NCBI GenBank assembly: GCA_964484905.1
Contig: CAZAGN010000006.1
Location: 1 to 43,621, forward strand
Direction: 5' to 3'
Length of the DNA: 43,621 nt
From: an uncultured bacterium
GTDB taxonomy: Bacteria > Cyanobacteriota > Cyanobacteriia > Thermostichales > PCC-7336
Both the position numbers and the translations under genes were made by a program. Of this stretch, positions 35,104 to 43,621 are shown one piece after another. Below the pieces are notes generated by a model, which made no database searches, was not told the DNA's origin, and worked only from the letters and a program-made list of their open reading frames with translations. The first letter of the stretch is position 1, and every line of letters begins with the position of its first letter.

Positions 35104-35493
35104 CTAATCCGTTGAGCTGAGAAAGCTTAGGTAAGAGCGTTCAGCAGCACTGCGCGCTTCATCGATCACAGTAGACTCATCTGTTTCGGCCTCTGGTGGT
35201 GCTGGCGGCCAGTCCAAACCAAAGAAGCGTGCTGTGATCTGCAAAATGGGCGGCTCGGGTGGCCAAGTCAGGCCCCAAAATTGAGCGGCAAGCGCTAGCA
35301 CACTGGGTAATTCAGTTGCTTCTCGCTCGAGTAGGGTCGCGATTAGGGGGTCGGTAGTGGGCGGCGTTGTGACGGGCTCTTCAACCCGGAAGGCATTTTG
35401 TGGCGGTCGCGTGAGAGGTACTTCGGGGCTGCCACAGGCAATCAGCCCGATACCAACCAATAAACCAAGGCTATAGAGAGAGAAACTACGCAT
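35104..35493 (-). CDS. Putative lipoprotein
   Basis: MRSFSLYSLGLLVGIGLIACGS (lipobox LIAC). The ATG lies 1 nt after the gloA stop. The longer track ORF (to 35562) would overlap gloA. Confidence 0.55.
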   Translation of the reverse strand: MRSFSLYSLGLLVGIGLIACGSPEVPLTRPPQNAFRVEEPVTTPPTTDPLIATLLEREATELPSVLALAAQFWGLTWPPEPPILQITARFFGLDWPPAPPEAETDESTVIDEARSAAERSYLSFLSSTD

Positions 35494-35494
35494 A

Positions 35495-35923
35495 TTAAGA
35501 GGCGACAGCGGACATAGGCGCTGCTTCAGGTTCAAGGGATGTTTTTGCCTGGATGAGCTCAATTTTGTAGCCGTCGGGATCTTTGACGAAGGCGATTATG
35601 GTTGTACCGTGCTTCATTGGGCCAGGCTCACGCACAACTTCACCCCCTTTGGCTTGGATGGCGGCGCAGGTACCGTAGATATCGTCTACACCCAAGGCAA
35701 TGTGACCGAAGGCGTCACCGATTGCATAGGTGTTTGTATCCCAGTTGTGGGTCAGCTCGATGACGGTCTGTTCTGACTCGGGGCCAAAGCCGACAAAGGC
35801 CAAGGTAAAACGACCACCGGGATAGTCTTTGCGGCGGAGTAACTGCATCCCCAGCACATCGCAATAGAACTGAAGTGAGCGCTCGAGGTTAGTGACGCGC
35901 AGCATCGTGTGCAACATTCGCAT
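35495..35923 (-). CDS. gloA: Lactoylglutathione lyase (glyoxalase I)
   Basis: MRMLHTMLRVTNLERSLQFYCDVLGMQLLRRKDYPGGRFTLAFVGFG...THNW...GHIALGVDDIY...GTTIAFVKDPDGYKIELIQ. Confidence 0.9.
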   Translation of the reverse strand: MRMLHTMLRVTNLERSLQFYCDVLGMQLLRRKDYPGGRFTLAFVGFGPESEQTVIELTHNWDTNTYAIGDAFGHIALGVDDIYGTCAAIQAKGGEVVREPGPMKHGTTIIAFVKDPDGYKIELIQAKTSLEPEAAPMSAVAS

Positions 35924-35967
35924 GGGTAGTTTTCCTACAGTGCTATGGCCTCTAGTTTAACGAACGT

Positions 35968-36312
35968 CTAGGCGAGGGTTTTGCTATTCCAGCCCCACAT
36001 GGGGGCGGTGGTATCAGCCAGCTCGATGTAGACATGATCGGGGGCGATGCCTAGCGATCGCGAGAGGTGCTCACTAATGACGGCACAAATCGGTGAGGCT
36101 TTGTCGCCCATCTGGCCCACACTTTTGACTTCGACAAAGGCAGTCGGCTCGGTCGTGCCCGCAAAGGTCATGGCAACGTTAGGCTCAAGCACCGTCATCA
36201 TCTTTTGGGGTGACTTGTCGAGAATCTCGGCAACGGCGGCGGCGATGGCTAGCAGCATTGCGCTCGTATCGGTTGGGGCGGCAACGGAGGTTTGAATCTT
36301 GATCAGAGGCAT
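35968..36312 (-). CDS. MIF/tautomerase-superfamily protein (N-terminal catalytic Pro)
   Basis: It starts MPLIKIQTSV. At 114 aa, the length and pattern match macrophage-migration-inhibitory-factor-like tautomerases known in cyanobacteria. Confidence 0.7.
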   Translation of the reverse strand: MPLIKIQTSVAAPTDTSAMLLAIAAAVAEILDKSPQKMMTVLEPNVAMTFAGTTEPTAFVEVKSVGQMGDKASPICAVISEHLSRSLGIAPDHVYIELADTTAPMWGWNSKTLA

Positions 36313-36387
36313 GAATGCAGGCTTGAACGCTGTCCTTTAGGCTACCGCAGGCACGGTACAATCAGGCTGAAGCACAAGGATTTGACT

Positions 36388-36606
36388 GTGGAAATCGGAT
36401 TAAGCCAGACGGAAATTCGTGATCTTGCCCAAAAGGCAGCGCAATTGATTTTGAGTGGTCGTGATGGCGATAGCGAAGCCCTCCAAACCTATAAGCAGTC
36501 GGCAGAGTTTCGGGCGGGTGTGCAATTGGCCTGTGCAGCCATGGTGTTGGTGGTCGCTGAGAATAATAACCGCATCACTGAGCAACTGGCTGCCAAGTTA
36601 GGTTAG
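36388..36606 (+). CDS. Hypothetical small protein (start uncertain)
   Basis: The track ORF starts at 36292, which would overlap the divergent MIF gene start. An internal GTG at 36388 avoids the overlap. No family recognised. Confidence 0.3.
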   Translation: MEIGLSQTEIRDLAQKAAQLILSGRDGDSEALQTYKQSAEFRAGVQLACAAMVLVVAENNNRITEQLAAKLG

Positions 36607-36708
36607 CTCATACTTAGGGTTTGCGGATGAAGCCGAATGTTGCGCTATTGATGTCTCATTAAAATGATGTCTCATTGAAGCTTAGTCATAACGGCTCAAT
36701 GAAATGAA

Positions 36709-36737
36709 AGCGAGTCGTAGCTGGCTCGCTTTTTTTG
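36709..36737 (+). terminator. Rho-independent terminator
   Basis: AGCGAG-TCGTAGCTGG-CTCGCT followed by T7. Confidence 0.5.
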
Positions 36738-36778
36738 ATGGGGAGTGCTCCAAGAAGATACGCCGGAGTCAGTAACCA

Positions 36779-37597
36779 ATGCCCCAACCTTACAGCCGGA
36801 TCTTTGGCCTTGATTTTACGAGTGCGCCCAGTCGTCGCAAGCCCATTGTCTGTGCTGAAGCCCTACGTACTGATGACCAGTTGATTGTTCAGCGCTTCCT
36901 GCCGCTAACGTCTTGGGCCGCATTTGAGCTGTGGCTGGGAACGCCGGGGGAGTGGCTGGCGGGGGTTGATTTTCCGCTGAGTCAGCCACGCCGTTGGCTA
37001 GAGGCTATGGGTTGGGGTGAGACCTGGCCCGAGATGATCGCTACTGTGGCGGGGGTTACTAAGGCTGAGTTCATCGCCTGTGTTGATGCGTACCGGGCCC
37101 AGCAGCCGGTGGGGGCAAAGGAGCATCGGCGGGCCACAGATGTGCGGGTGAAGGCGATTAGCCCCATGAAGGTTTATGGGGTGCCGGTAGGGCGGATGTT
37201 TTTTGAGGGTGCACCGCGTCTAGCACAGACATCGCTCTCGATCTGGCCCTGTCGTCCGACAACCGATCCACGTACGGTGATTGAGATCTATCCGGCTTTG
37301 GTGGCGCGGGCAGCCTTGAACCAGCCCTACAAACGGGCGGGGGACGATACCGAACGGGGGCGACGGCAGATGATTCTTGATTGGTTGGGTTCGGCGGCCT
37401 GTCGCGATCGCTATGGCCATAGGGTTATCATCCCGCCAGCAATGCAGGATCGAGCCTTAGATGATGCCCAGGGTGATTATCTGGACGCCCTATTGGCCGC
37501 ACTGCAAACAGCCTGGGCCAGCACACAGCCACGTTTGGGTGTGCCGACTGAGTGTGATGCCCTTGAGGGTTGGATTGTTGACCCTAGCGCGGAATAA
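36779..37597 (+). CDS. DUF429-like protein (predicted RNase H-fold)
   Basis: The N-terminal IFGLDFTSAP pattern and overall size fit. Assignment from memory only. Confidence 0.5.
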   Translation: MPQPYSRIFGLDFTSAPSRRKPIVCAEALRTDDQLIVQRFLPLTSWAAFELWLGTPGEWLAGVDFPLSQPRRWLEAMGWGETWPEMIATVAGVTKAEFIACVDAYRAQQPVGAKEHRRATDVRVKAISPMKVYGVPVGRMFFEGAPRLAQTSLSIWPCRPTTDPRTVIEIYPALVARAALNQPYKRAGDDTERGRRQMILDWLGSAACRDRYGHRVIIPPAMQDRALDDAQGDYLDALLAALQTAWASTQPRLGVPTECDALEGWIVDPSAE

Positions 37598-38513
37598 CGA
37601 GCTCGATGGTGGTATCGATGCGGGGGCGGGGTTGGGGCTCGGCTTCAGGATCAGGGGTGAGGCGCTCGCTGAGGGGGTTTGCCTCTGACCAAGACTGGGC
37701 AATCGCTTGGGCCGTGCGGGTAACTTGGATTTGGTAGAGTTGCTCGATTTCGGCATCGTTGACATCGTTGGGAACGACTTCCTCTTGGTTTTGCTGACTG
37801 AGAGTACTGATCCGCAGTTGGCCATTTTCGTCAAATTCCCAGAGTTCGAGCTGACTTCGCGATCGTAATTTCAGCTCGGTGGGGCTGTGGGGCCAGGTGA
37901 GCAAGTCAACGCGGTTGACAACCAGCGCTTCGAGGCCGAGATAGCTAAAAAAGGTTTGCACGGCTTCGGGATTTGGATTTCCAGCATTGAGAATATCGCT
38001 CAGGGATACGCCTACGGCTTGAATAATTGGATTAAGGCGCTGATTATCGAGGGCAACGAGGCGCTCTGAATTGGGCACGACGCCCAGACGAACCGCCTCA
38101 CCGGCCAAGCGTTGCGCCAGGGCCGCAGTGTGCTCGAGCTGGCCAACGCCAATAATGCCGACACGGGTGGGGGGTAGGGGCTCGATGGGTGTTTGGATCG
38201 TTACATCGAGGGGGGTGGTGACATCCTGAAAGACCCAGACGCTGACCAGCTGTGGCTCGTAATCGGGGTGGTCAACCTGCAGTTGCCAGCGGCCTGTCAG
38301 GGGAAAGGTCAGCTCAAAACTGCCGCTGGCATCGGTGAGGCTTTGGGCGGTCGGGCCTGTCGTACCCCGTTGCCCCTGGAGGGTTAGGCGGGCTTCGGGC
38401 ACCGATTCACCCACTTGATTACGGACTTGGCCAACAAGGCGTCCCCCCGCCCATACCGGTAAGGGCAGCCCCACCAGCGCACTAAAGACTAGCATCATGA
38501 TGCTGCGATACAT
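37584..38513 (-). CDS. Secreted protein with a carboxypeptidase-regulatory-like (CarboxypepD_reg) domain
   Basis: Signal peptide MYRSIMMLVFSALVGLPLPVWA. GRLVGQVRNQVGESVPEARLTLQG...TDASGSFELTF...QVDHPDYEP. The start at 38513 lies 13 nt after the upstream gene's stop. Confidence 0.65.
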   Translation of the reverse strand: MYRSIMMLVFSALVGLPLPVWAGGRLVGQVRNQVGESVPEARLTLQGQRGTTGPTAQSLTDASGSFELTFPLTGRWQLQVDHPDYEPQLVSVWVFQDVTTPLDVTIQTPIEPLPPTRVGIIGVGQLEHTAALAQRLAGEAVRLGVVPNSERLVALDNQRLNPIIQAVGVSLSDILNAGNPNPEAVQTFFSYLGLEALVVNRVDLLTWPHSPTELKLRSRSQLELWEFDENGQLRISTLSQQNQEEVVPNDVNDAEIEQLYQIQVTRTAQAIAQSWSEANPLSERLTPDPEAEPQPRPRIDTTIELVIPR

Positions 38514-38526
38514 AGAGACCTCGTGC

Positions 38527-40362
38527 CTAGTTCGCTGTCGATTGCAGCGCCGGGAAGGGAAATGTGTCTTGCCATTGTGCGGCAAAGCTCGGGATCATGT
38601 TGGTGATCTGCTGCCGAAAATAACTCGCTGTTGCTTCGTCGTAGAGAGGGTTGCCGCCCACATTGTCTTGGCCACTGGCTTCAAAGCTGCGGATCGGGTC
38701 ACCGGGCTGGTCGTTGAGCATATCAATCACGACGACAACGCCTCGGCTACGCAGTTGATTGGGGCTGAGGTTGGGGATTTCAATGGGTACACCGGGCACT
38801 AAAAAGCGGAAGGCGAGGTTCACAAAGGGATTGCCGGCACGGCTGAAGTTCCGGGAGGTTTCGACATGGGTCAGGAGTATGTAGCGCAACCCAAGGGTGT
38901 TGGTGACGACTCGCAAACGCTCGAGATCTTGGGTCAGGCGCTCGTCACGGTCAATCAGGTTCAGACCCTCGACAACAAAGGCCAACTGCTCAAATTCGGG
39001 AGCGAGCCCCAAGGGACTAACGAGGGGAATCACCGGTGCCTCGCCTGCTAGATTCTGGACAGTATCGACTAGGCGATAGGCCAATTCATCTGAAAAGGTG
39101 AGGCCATCGGGCAAGAGGCCAATGCCTTCGGCGGCAGCGTCAGGACGCCCGGGGGGCAGACGAATATCACGGGTGGTGACAAAGCCGCTGCGGACATCAA
39201 TTTGGGTGCTGATGAGCGGGAAGCCAGGCACCACAATATCGGCCAAATATAAACCCGGCGGCAGGTCGGCGACCAAAAAGCTGCCATCGGGTAAGAGGTT
39301 GAGCGATCGCGAGTCAACATCGCTCCGGTCTTGGGCCAACAGCCGCAGTTCGCCCTGGCTGACCGGATTACCCGCAACATCTGTGACCTGACCCGCGACA
39401 CCGCCCACACCGGCGTCGATGACGGGAGCTGCCGCAATCGTTTCATTCAAGTCCAGCCATTGCAGTTCGCGTTCGGCCAACATAACGACACTATTGCCTC
39501 GGGTCGCGATCGCGACGGGAGGGCTGGTAAGGGTATATTCAGCCTCAAGCTGCAAGCTAGCCAGATCGACCACCTCTAGGCGGTTACTGCCCGCCGCCGC
39601 CACATAGGCTAACTGCCCCTGCACCGCAAAACTTGTGGGCGGCCACGTCAAACCAATCGTCGCCGTCTGATTCGTCTGCAAATCAACGACTGTCAGACTT
39701 TGTTCGCTGGGATTGAGGGCCACAAGACGCTGCCGCGCCACATCAAGATTGATCTGATCGCCACCACCCCGGATTTGTGCCAGCGGTTGGCCGGTGGCCG
39801 GATCGAGCTGAAGCAGATTCAGGGGTGCCACATCCGCCAAGCTGACCAACAAGGCTTTGGAGGTGGGGTTATAGGCTAAATCAATCGGAATGCCCGGCAA
39901 CGTAAAAAGGCGCGCTTCCTCAGCCGCCAAACGAATTACAGAAATACTCTGGCTATCTGGATGCGCTGCATAAACGGTGCCTAGCTCGGGGTCACTGGCA
40001 AGACCACTAATACCGCCCGGTAACTCGAACCCCTGACCAAGGGCGCCTGTGCTGCCATCAATGGTGACGAGTGTACTGGCTTGGTCGCCCCCGACGACTA
40101 ACGTATCAGCGCCCAGCCAATGCAAGTCGGTGGGGACAAAGCCAACACTCACCTGCCAGAGCGTAGCCCCGTCCAGGCTATCCATCAAAGCAACCGCCTG
40201 ATCGTCTACGAGGCCAACGGCGACCACCTCGCGATCGGGGTGAAAGGCAAACTCACTCGCAGTATCCGGCAAGGGCAGGCTCGCGAGTGGTGGGGCAGCG
40301 AGAGCCGCCGAACTTGCCAACCATAACCCCCAAAACATAGGCAACAGCCCGTAAAACCTCAC
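38527..40362 (-). CDS. Secreted YVTN-type beta-propeller repeat protein with a CarboxypepD_reg-like domain and an unknown C-terminal domain
   Basis: Repeats such as VYAAHPDSQSISVIRL, LVALNPSEQSLTVVDL and AYVAAAGSNRLEVVDL. GVAGQVTDVAGNPVSQGELRL...LPDGSFLVADLPPGLY. The likely GTG start at 40362 gives MRFYGLLPMFWGLWLASSAALAAPP. The maximal ORF runs to 40425. Confidence 0.7.
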   Translation of the reverse strand: MRFYGLLPMFWGLWLASSAALAAPPLASLPLPDTASEFAFHPDREVVAVGLVDDQAVALMDSLDGATLWQVSVGFVPTDLHWLGADTLVVGGDQASTLVTIDGSTGALGQGFELPGGISGLASDPELGTVYAAHPDSQSISVIRLAAEEARLFTLPGIPIDLAYNPTSKALLVSLADVAPLNLLQLDPATGQPLAQIRGGGDQINLDVARQRLVALNPSEQSLTVVDLQTNQTATIGLTWPPTSFAVQGQLAYVAAAGSNRLEVVDLASLQLEAEYTLTSPPVAIATRGNSVVMLAERELQWLDLNETIAAAPVIDAGVGGVAGQVTDVAGNPVSQGELRLLAQDRSDVDSRSLNLLPDGSFLVADLPPGLYLADIVVPGFPLISTQIDVRSGFVTTRDIRLPPGRPDAAAEGIGLLPDGLTFSDELAYRLVDTVQNLAGEAPVIPLVSPLGLAPEFEQLAFVVEGLNLIDRDERLTQDLERLRVVTNTLGLRYILLTHVETSRNFSRAGNPFVNLAFRFLVPGVPIEIPNLSPNQLRSRGVVVVIDMLNDQPGDPIRSFEASGQDNVGGNPLYDEATASYFRQQITNMIPSFAAQWQDTFPFPALQSTAN

Positions 40363-40428
40363 TCTAGAGTAAACGAGCTGTGGTTGTGCTGCGCTACGGG
40401 CAGTTGCAATCCTCTGGCCCCCCAACGA

Positions 40429-43254
40429 CTACGCGTAGTCCTCCAGAGGGGCACAGGTACACACCAAGTTGCGATCACCATAGGCATTGTCAACCCGAGC
40501 CACGGCGGGCCAGAACTTCAGTTCTTGGGGCTGAGGATAGGCGGCTTCTTCGCGGCTGTAGGGGTGTTGCCAGGTACTGGCTGTGACCATGGCCGCCGTA
40601 TGGGGGGCATTTTTGAGGAGGTTATCCTGCGGGTCGGCGGCTCCGGCCTGAATCGCCGTCATTTCTCGATAAATGCCCACCATGGCCGCGCAAAAGCGAT
40701 CCAGCTCGGCTTTGGTTTCACTCTCCGTCGGCTCTAGCATTAGCGTGCCCGCCACCGGCCACGACATGGTCGGCGCATGGAAGCCATAGTCCATCAAGCG
40801 CTTGGCGACATCTTCAACTTCCAGACCCGCCAGCCGTTTCCAGGGGCGCAAATCCAGAATGCACTCGTGGGCCACCAGATCGGCATTGCCGCGATAGAGC
40901 ACGCTGTAGTACGGCTCTAGCACCTTGGCCATATAGTTCGCGCTCAAAATCGCGATCTCACTGGCACGACGAAGCCCGTCTGCCCCCATCATGCGAATGT
41001 ACATCCAGGAAATGGGCAAAATGCTGGCACTCCCCCAGGGGGCGGCGGCGACGGCACCACTACCTGCCATCTGAGGATTCCCTGGCAAAAAGGGTGCTAG
41101 GTGCGCCCCAACCGCAATCGGCCCAACCCCTGGCCCGCCACCACCGTGGGGAATACAGAAGGTTTTGTGGAGGTTGAGGTGGCAAACATCAGCCCCAAAA
41201 TCGCCCGGACGGCAGAGACCAACCTGGGCATTGAGGTTGGCACCATCCATATAGACCTGAGCGCCGTGTTCGTGGGCGATCGCGCAAATTTGCCGGATCG
41301 AGGCTTCAAAAACACCGTGGGTCGAAGGATAGGTCACCATCAAAGCCGCCAGATTGGCTTGGTGCTGGCTGGCCTTGGCCTGGAGGTCGACAAGGTCGAT
41401 ATTGCCCTGGTCATCACAGGCAACCGAAACCACTTTCATGCCTGCCATCACAGCGCTGGCCGGGTTAGTGCCGTGGGCTGACTGGGGAATTAGGCAAATG
41501 GTTCGGTGTCCCTCGTCGCGATCGCGATGGTAGGCCCGAATCGCCAGCAGCCCGGCATACTCACCCTGAGAGCCCGCATTGGGCTGCAACGACACCGCCG
41601 CAAACCCCGTAATCTCCGCCAGCATCTGCTCCAGTTGCCGACATAGTTCCTGATAGCCCTCAATCTGCGCTGCCGGGGCGTAAGGGTGCATCTGGGCAAA
41701 CTCCGGCCAGGAAATCGGCAGCATCTCTGCCGTGGCATTCAGCTTCATCGTGCAAGAGCCAAGCGGAATCATTGCCGTTGTCAGCGAAAGATCCTTACTT
41801 TGCAGCCGGAACATATACCGCAGCAGTTCCGACTCGGAGTGATAGCGATTAAACGCCGGCTGGCGCAGGATCGCATCCTGGCGTGGCGTTAGGGGCGAAG
41901 CCGCCGGGCTCAGGTTTGCCGCGACATCAAATACTGCGCACAAATCCTTGAGGTCATCCAGACGTGTTGTCTCATCGAGGCTAATGCCGACAGCACCGTC
42001 CGCGAAATAGCGCAGGTTCATCTGCTTTGCGGCCGCCCGCTCACGGACACTAGCTTGCTCGGCTGGGCTCAGCGCCACACAGAGCGTATCGAAAAAGTGA
42101 GTGTGTCGCAGACGGTAGCGCCCCTGCAACGACTGAGCCAGCAGCAACGTCAGACCATGAATTCGTTCGGCAATCCGCTTTAGTCCGGCGGAGCCATGAT
42201 AAACGGCATACATCGAGGCAACAACAGCCAACAGCACTTGGGCAGTACAGATATTGCTTGTCGCCTTCTCGCGACGAATATGTTGCTCGCGGGTTTGCAG
42301 TGCCAAGCGATAGGCCGGATTGCCCTGACTGTCTTGGGACACACCGACAATCCGACCGGGTACCATGCGGGCATAGGCTTGCTTCGTCGCAAAAAAGGCC
42401 GCGTGGGGCCCGCCAAAGCCCAACGGCACCCCAAAGCGCTGGCTACTGCCCACGGCAATATCGGCCCCCAAAGCCCCCGGTGATTCCAGTAGTACCAAGG
42501 CCAACAGGTCGGCTACATAGGTCACGAGGGCGCCACAGTCATGGGCCGCTGCCGTCACCGCCCGGTAATCCAAAACAGCGCCGCTAGTCGTGGGGTAAGG
42601 CAGCAAAACACCAAACACAGGGGTTGCCGTAAAATCCCAGCTCAACGGATCGGCCACACAAACCTCAATACCCAGCGGCTCAGCCCGCGTCTGCACCACA
42701 CTAATGGTTTGCGGGTGGCACTCAGCACTCACAAGGTAGCGATTGCCTTTTTTGACGACCGATCGCGAGAGGGTCATCGCCTCAGCCGCCGCCGTCGCCT
42801 CATCCAACAGCGAGGCATTGGCAATAGCCAGACCTGTCAACTCGGTAATCAGGGTCTGAAAATTGAGCAGCGCTTCGAGGCGACCTTGGGCAATCTCGGC
42901 CTGGTAGGGCGTGTATTGGGTATACCAACCCGGATTTTCGAGAATATTGCGCTGAATCACCGCTGGCGTAATGCAAGCGGCGTAACCCATACCCAAATAC
43001 GAGCGCCACACTTGGTTTCGCTGGGCTAACTGCCGGAGCACTGCCAACGCTTCGGTTTCGCTTAGGGCCGGTGGCACATCGAGGGGGGCATGCCGTCGGA
43101 TATCGGCGGGTACAACGGCCTCGATCAATGCTTCGAGAGACTCGTAACCCAGGGTGGCCAGCATGGCCGCCACATCCTGATCATTGGGGCCAATGTGACG
43201 CTGAGCAAACGCTTCGACAGGTGCGAGCGACTGGGCAGTAGGAGTGTAAACCAT
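40429..43254 (-). CDS. gcvP: Glycine dehydrogenase (decarboxylating), glycine cleavage system P protein
   Basis: 941 aa. [21 protein letters not shown](A)QGRLE, GYQ, and the PLP-Lys context [19 protein letters not shown]. Confidence 0.95.
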   Translation of the reverse strand: MVYTPTAQSLAPVEAFAQRHIGPNDQDVAAMLATLGYESLEALIEAVVPADIRRHAPLDVPPALSETEALAVLRQLAQRNQVWRSYLGMGYAACITPAVIQRNILENPGWYTQYTPYQAEIAQGRLEALLNFQTLITELTGLAIANASLLDEATAAAEAMTLSRSVVKKGNRYLVSAECHPQTISVVQTRAEPLGIEVCVADPLSWDFTATPVFGVLLPYPTTSGAVLDYRAVTAAAHDCGALVTYVADLLALVLLESPGALGADIAVGSSQRFGVPLGFGGPHAAFFATKQAYARMVPGRIVGVSQDSQGNPAYRLALQTREQHIRREKATSNICTAQVLLAVVASMYAVYHGSAGLKRIAERIHGLTLLLAQSLQGRYRLRHTHFFDTLCVALSPAEQASVRERAAAKQMNLRYFADGAVGISLDETTRLDDLKDLCAVFDVAANLSPAASPLTPRQDAILRQPAFNRYHSESELLRYMFRLQSKDLSLTTAMIPLGSCTMKLNATAEMLPISWPEFAQMHPYAPAAQIEGYQELCRQLEQMLAEITGFAAVSLQPNAGSQGEYAGLLAIRAYHRDRDEGHRTICLIPQSAHGTNPASAVMAGMKVVSVACDDQGNIDLVDLQAKASQHQANLAALMVTYPSTHGVFEASIRQICAIAHEHGAQVYMDGANLNAQVGLCRPGDFGADVCHLNLHKTFCIPHGGGGPGVGPIAVGAHLAPFLPGNPQMAGSGAVAAAPWGSASILPISWMYIRMMGADGLRRASEIAILSANYMAKVLEPYYSVLYRGNADLVAHECILDLRPWKRLAGLEVEDVAKRLMDYGFHAPTMSWPVAGTLMLEPTESETKAELDRFCAAMVGIYREMTAIQAGAADPQDNLLKNAPHTAAMVTASTWQHPYSREEAAYPQPQELKFWPAVARVDNAYGDRNLVCTCAPLEDYA

Positions 43255-43621
43255 TTATCGTAGCGGCAAAGGGTATATGACTATGCGAATGTCGCACTTC
43301 TTCACTTTAAGAGATATTCAGGGCTTGCGGTGCTGATCAGTCAGGCTTGGTGATAGCACCTTGATGGGAGCGACTCCGTTCGCCCAGATCACTGGCACTA
43401 TTTCTTACTTACATAGACACACTACCTATCCTCTGGCATTAAAGGGCTTGATGTAACCCTGGTCGGTAGGGTCTCGATTACGCTGGCCCCAATCAGCCGG
43501 AGGACAAGTTGATAGACATCTGATAGCGACAAAGAGATAAAGATAGAGATGCTTGGCAACATCACGGATTTGCATTGTGCTGTTGATGATGTACGCGTGA
43601 TTCGAGTGGGTTAAGGCCGTA

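Noticed and set aside
43255-43460. Glycine riboswitch upstream of gcvP
   Set aside because: I read the minus strand for the conserved cores (GGAGAG, CCGAAGG-GCAA, CUCAGGCAAAAGGAC). None is present. Only a generic stem-loop structure was found, and it is reported separately at low interest.

Overview
This looks like a cyanobacterial chromosome segment. The evidence is HIP1 GCGATCGC palindromes, psbX, a PatA-type Pix/Pil taxis operon, DUF4278, and the gcvP, miaB, nadK, sppA and gloA genes. The window splits into two parts.

(A) 1..~17,840 is a lower-GC accessory region. It holds a PatA-CheY-CheW taxis operon with an embedded orphan TRAP-type solute-binding protein and an MCP that stops inside its first GAF-like segment. 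Next comes an IS5-family insertion sequence with a -1 frameshift. The rest is a ~11.8 kb element bounded on the right by an integrase.

(B) 17,839..43,621 is high-GC, HIP1-rich core genome with ordinary housekeeping genes: DJ-1, NAD kinase, SppA, an ECF sigma/anti-sigma/GT2 cluster, a CDC48-like AAA ATPase, ChrA, an SQR-like oxidoreductase, HtrA, MiaB, Crp, PsbX, GloA, MIF, two secreted CarboxypepD_reg/beta-propeller proteins, and GcvP.

The best candidate for a new system is the element at ~6.03-17.84 kb. It has no recognisable virion or conjugation genes, but it carries a complete private replication module:
- an XRE switch and a small RHH protein;
- a Prim-Pol/PriCT-2/DUF3987 primase-helicase fusion;
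- a compact family-B DNA polymerase that is translationally coupled to the primase-helicase;
- a dense iteron-like array (TCAGTCCA/TGGACTGA) embedded in the 3' end of the primase-helicase gene;
- secreted cargo proteins of unknown function;
- an HTH protein surrounded by a six-copy TRTMCSGAAYA motif array;
- a tyrosine integrase at the right edge.

I could not define att sites, and I found no tRNA, rRNA or CRISPR array. All calls come from reading translations and sequence by eye. No searches or computations were run.
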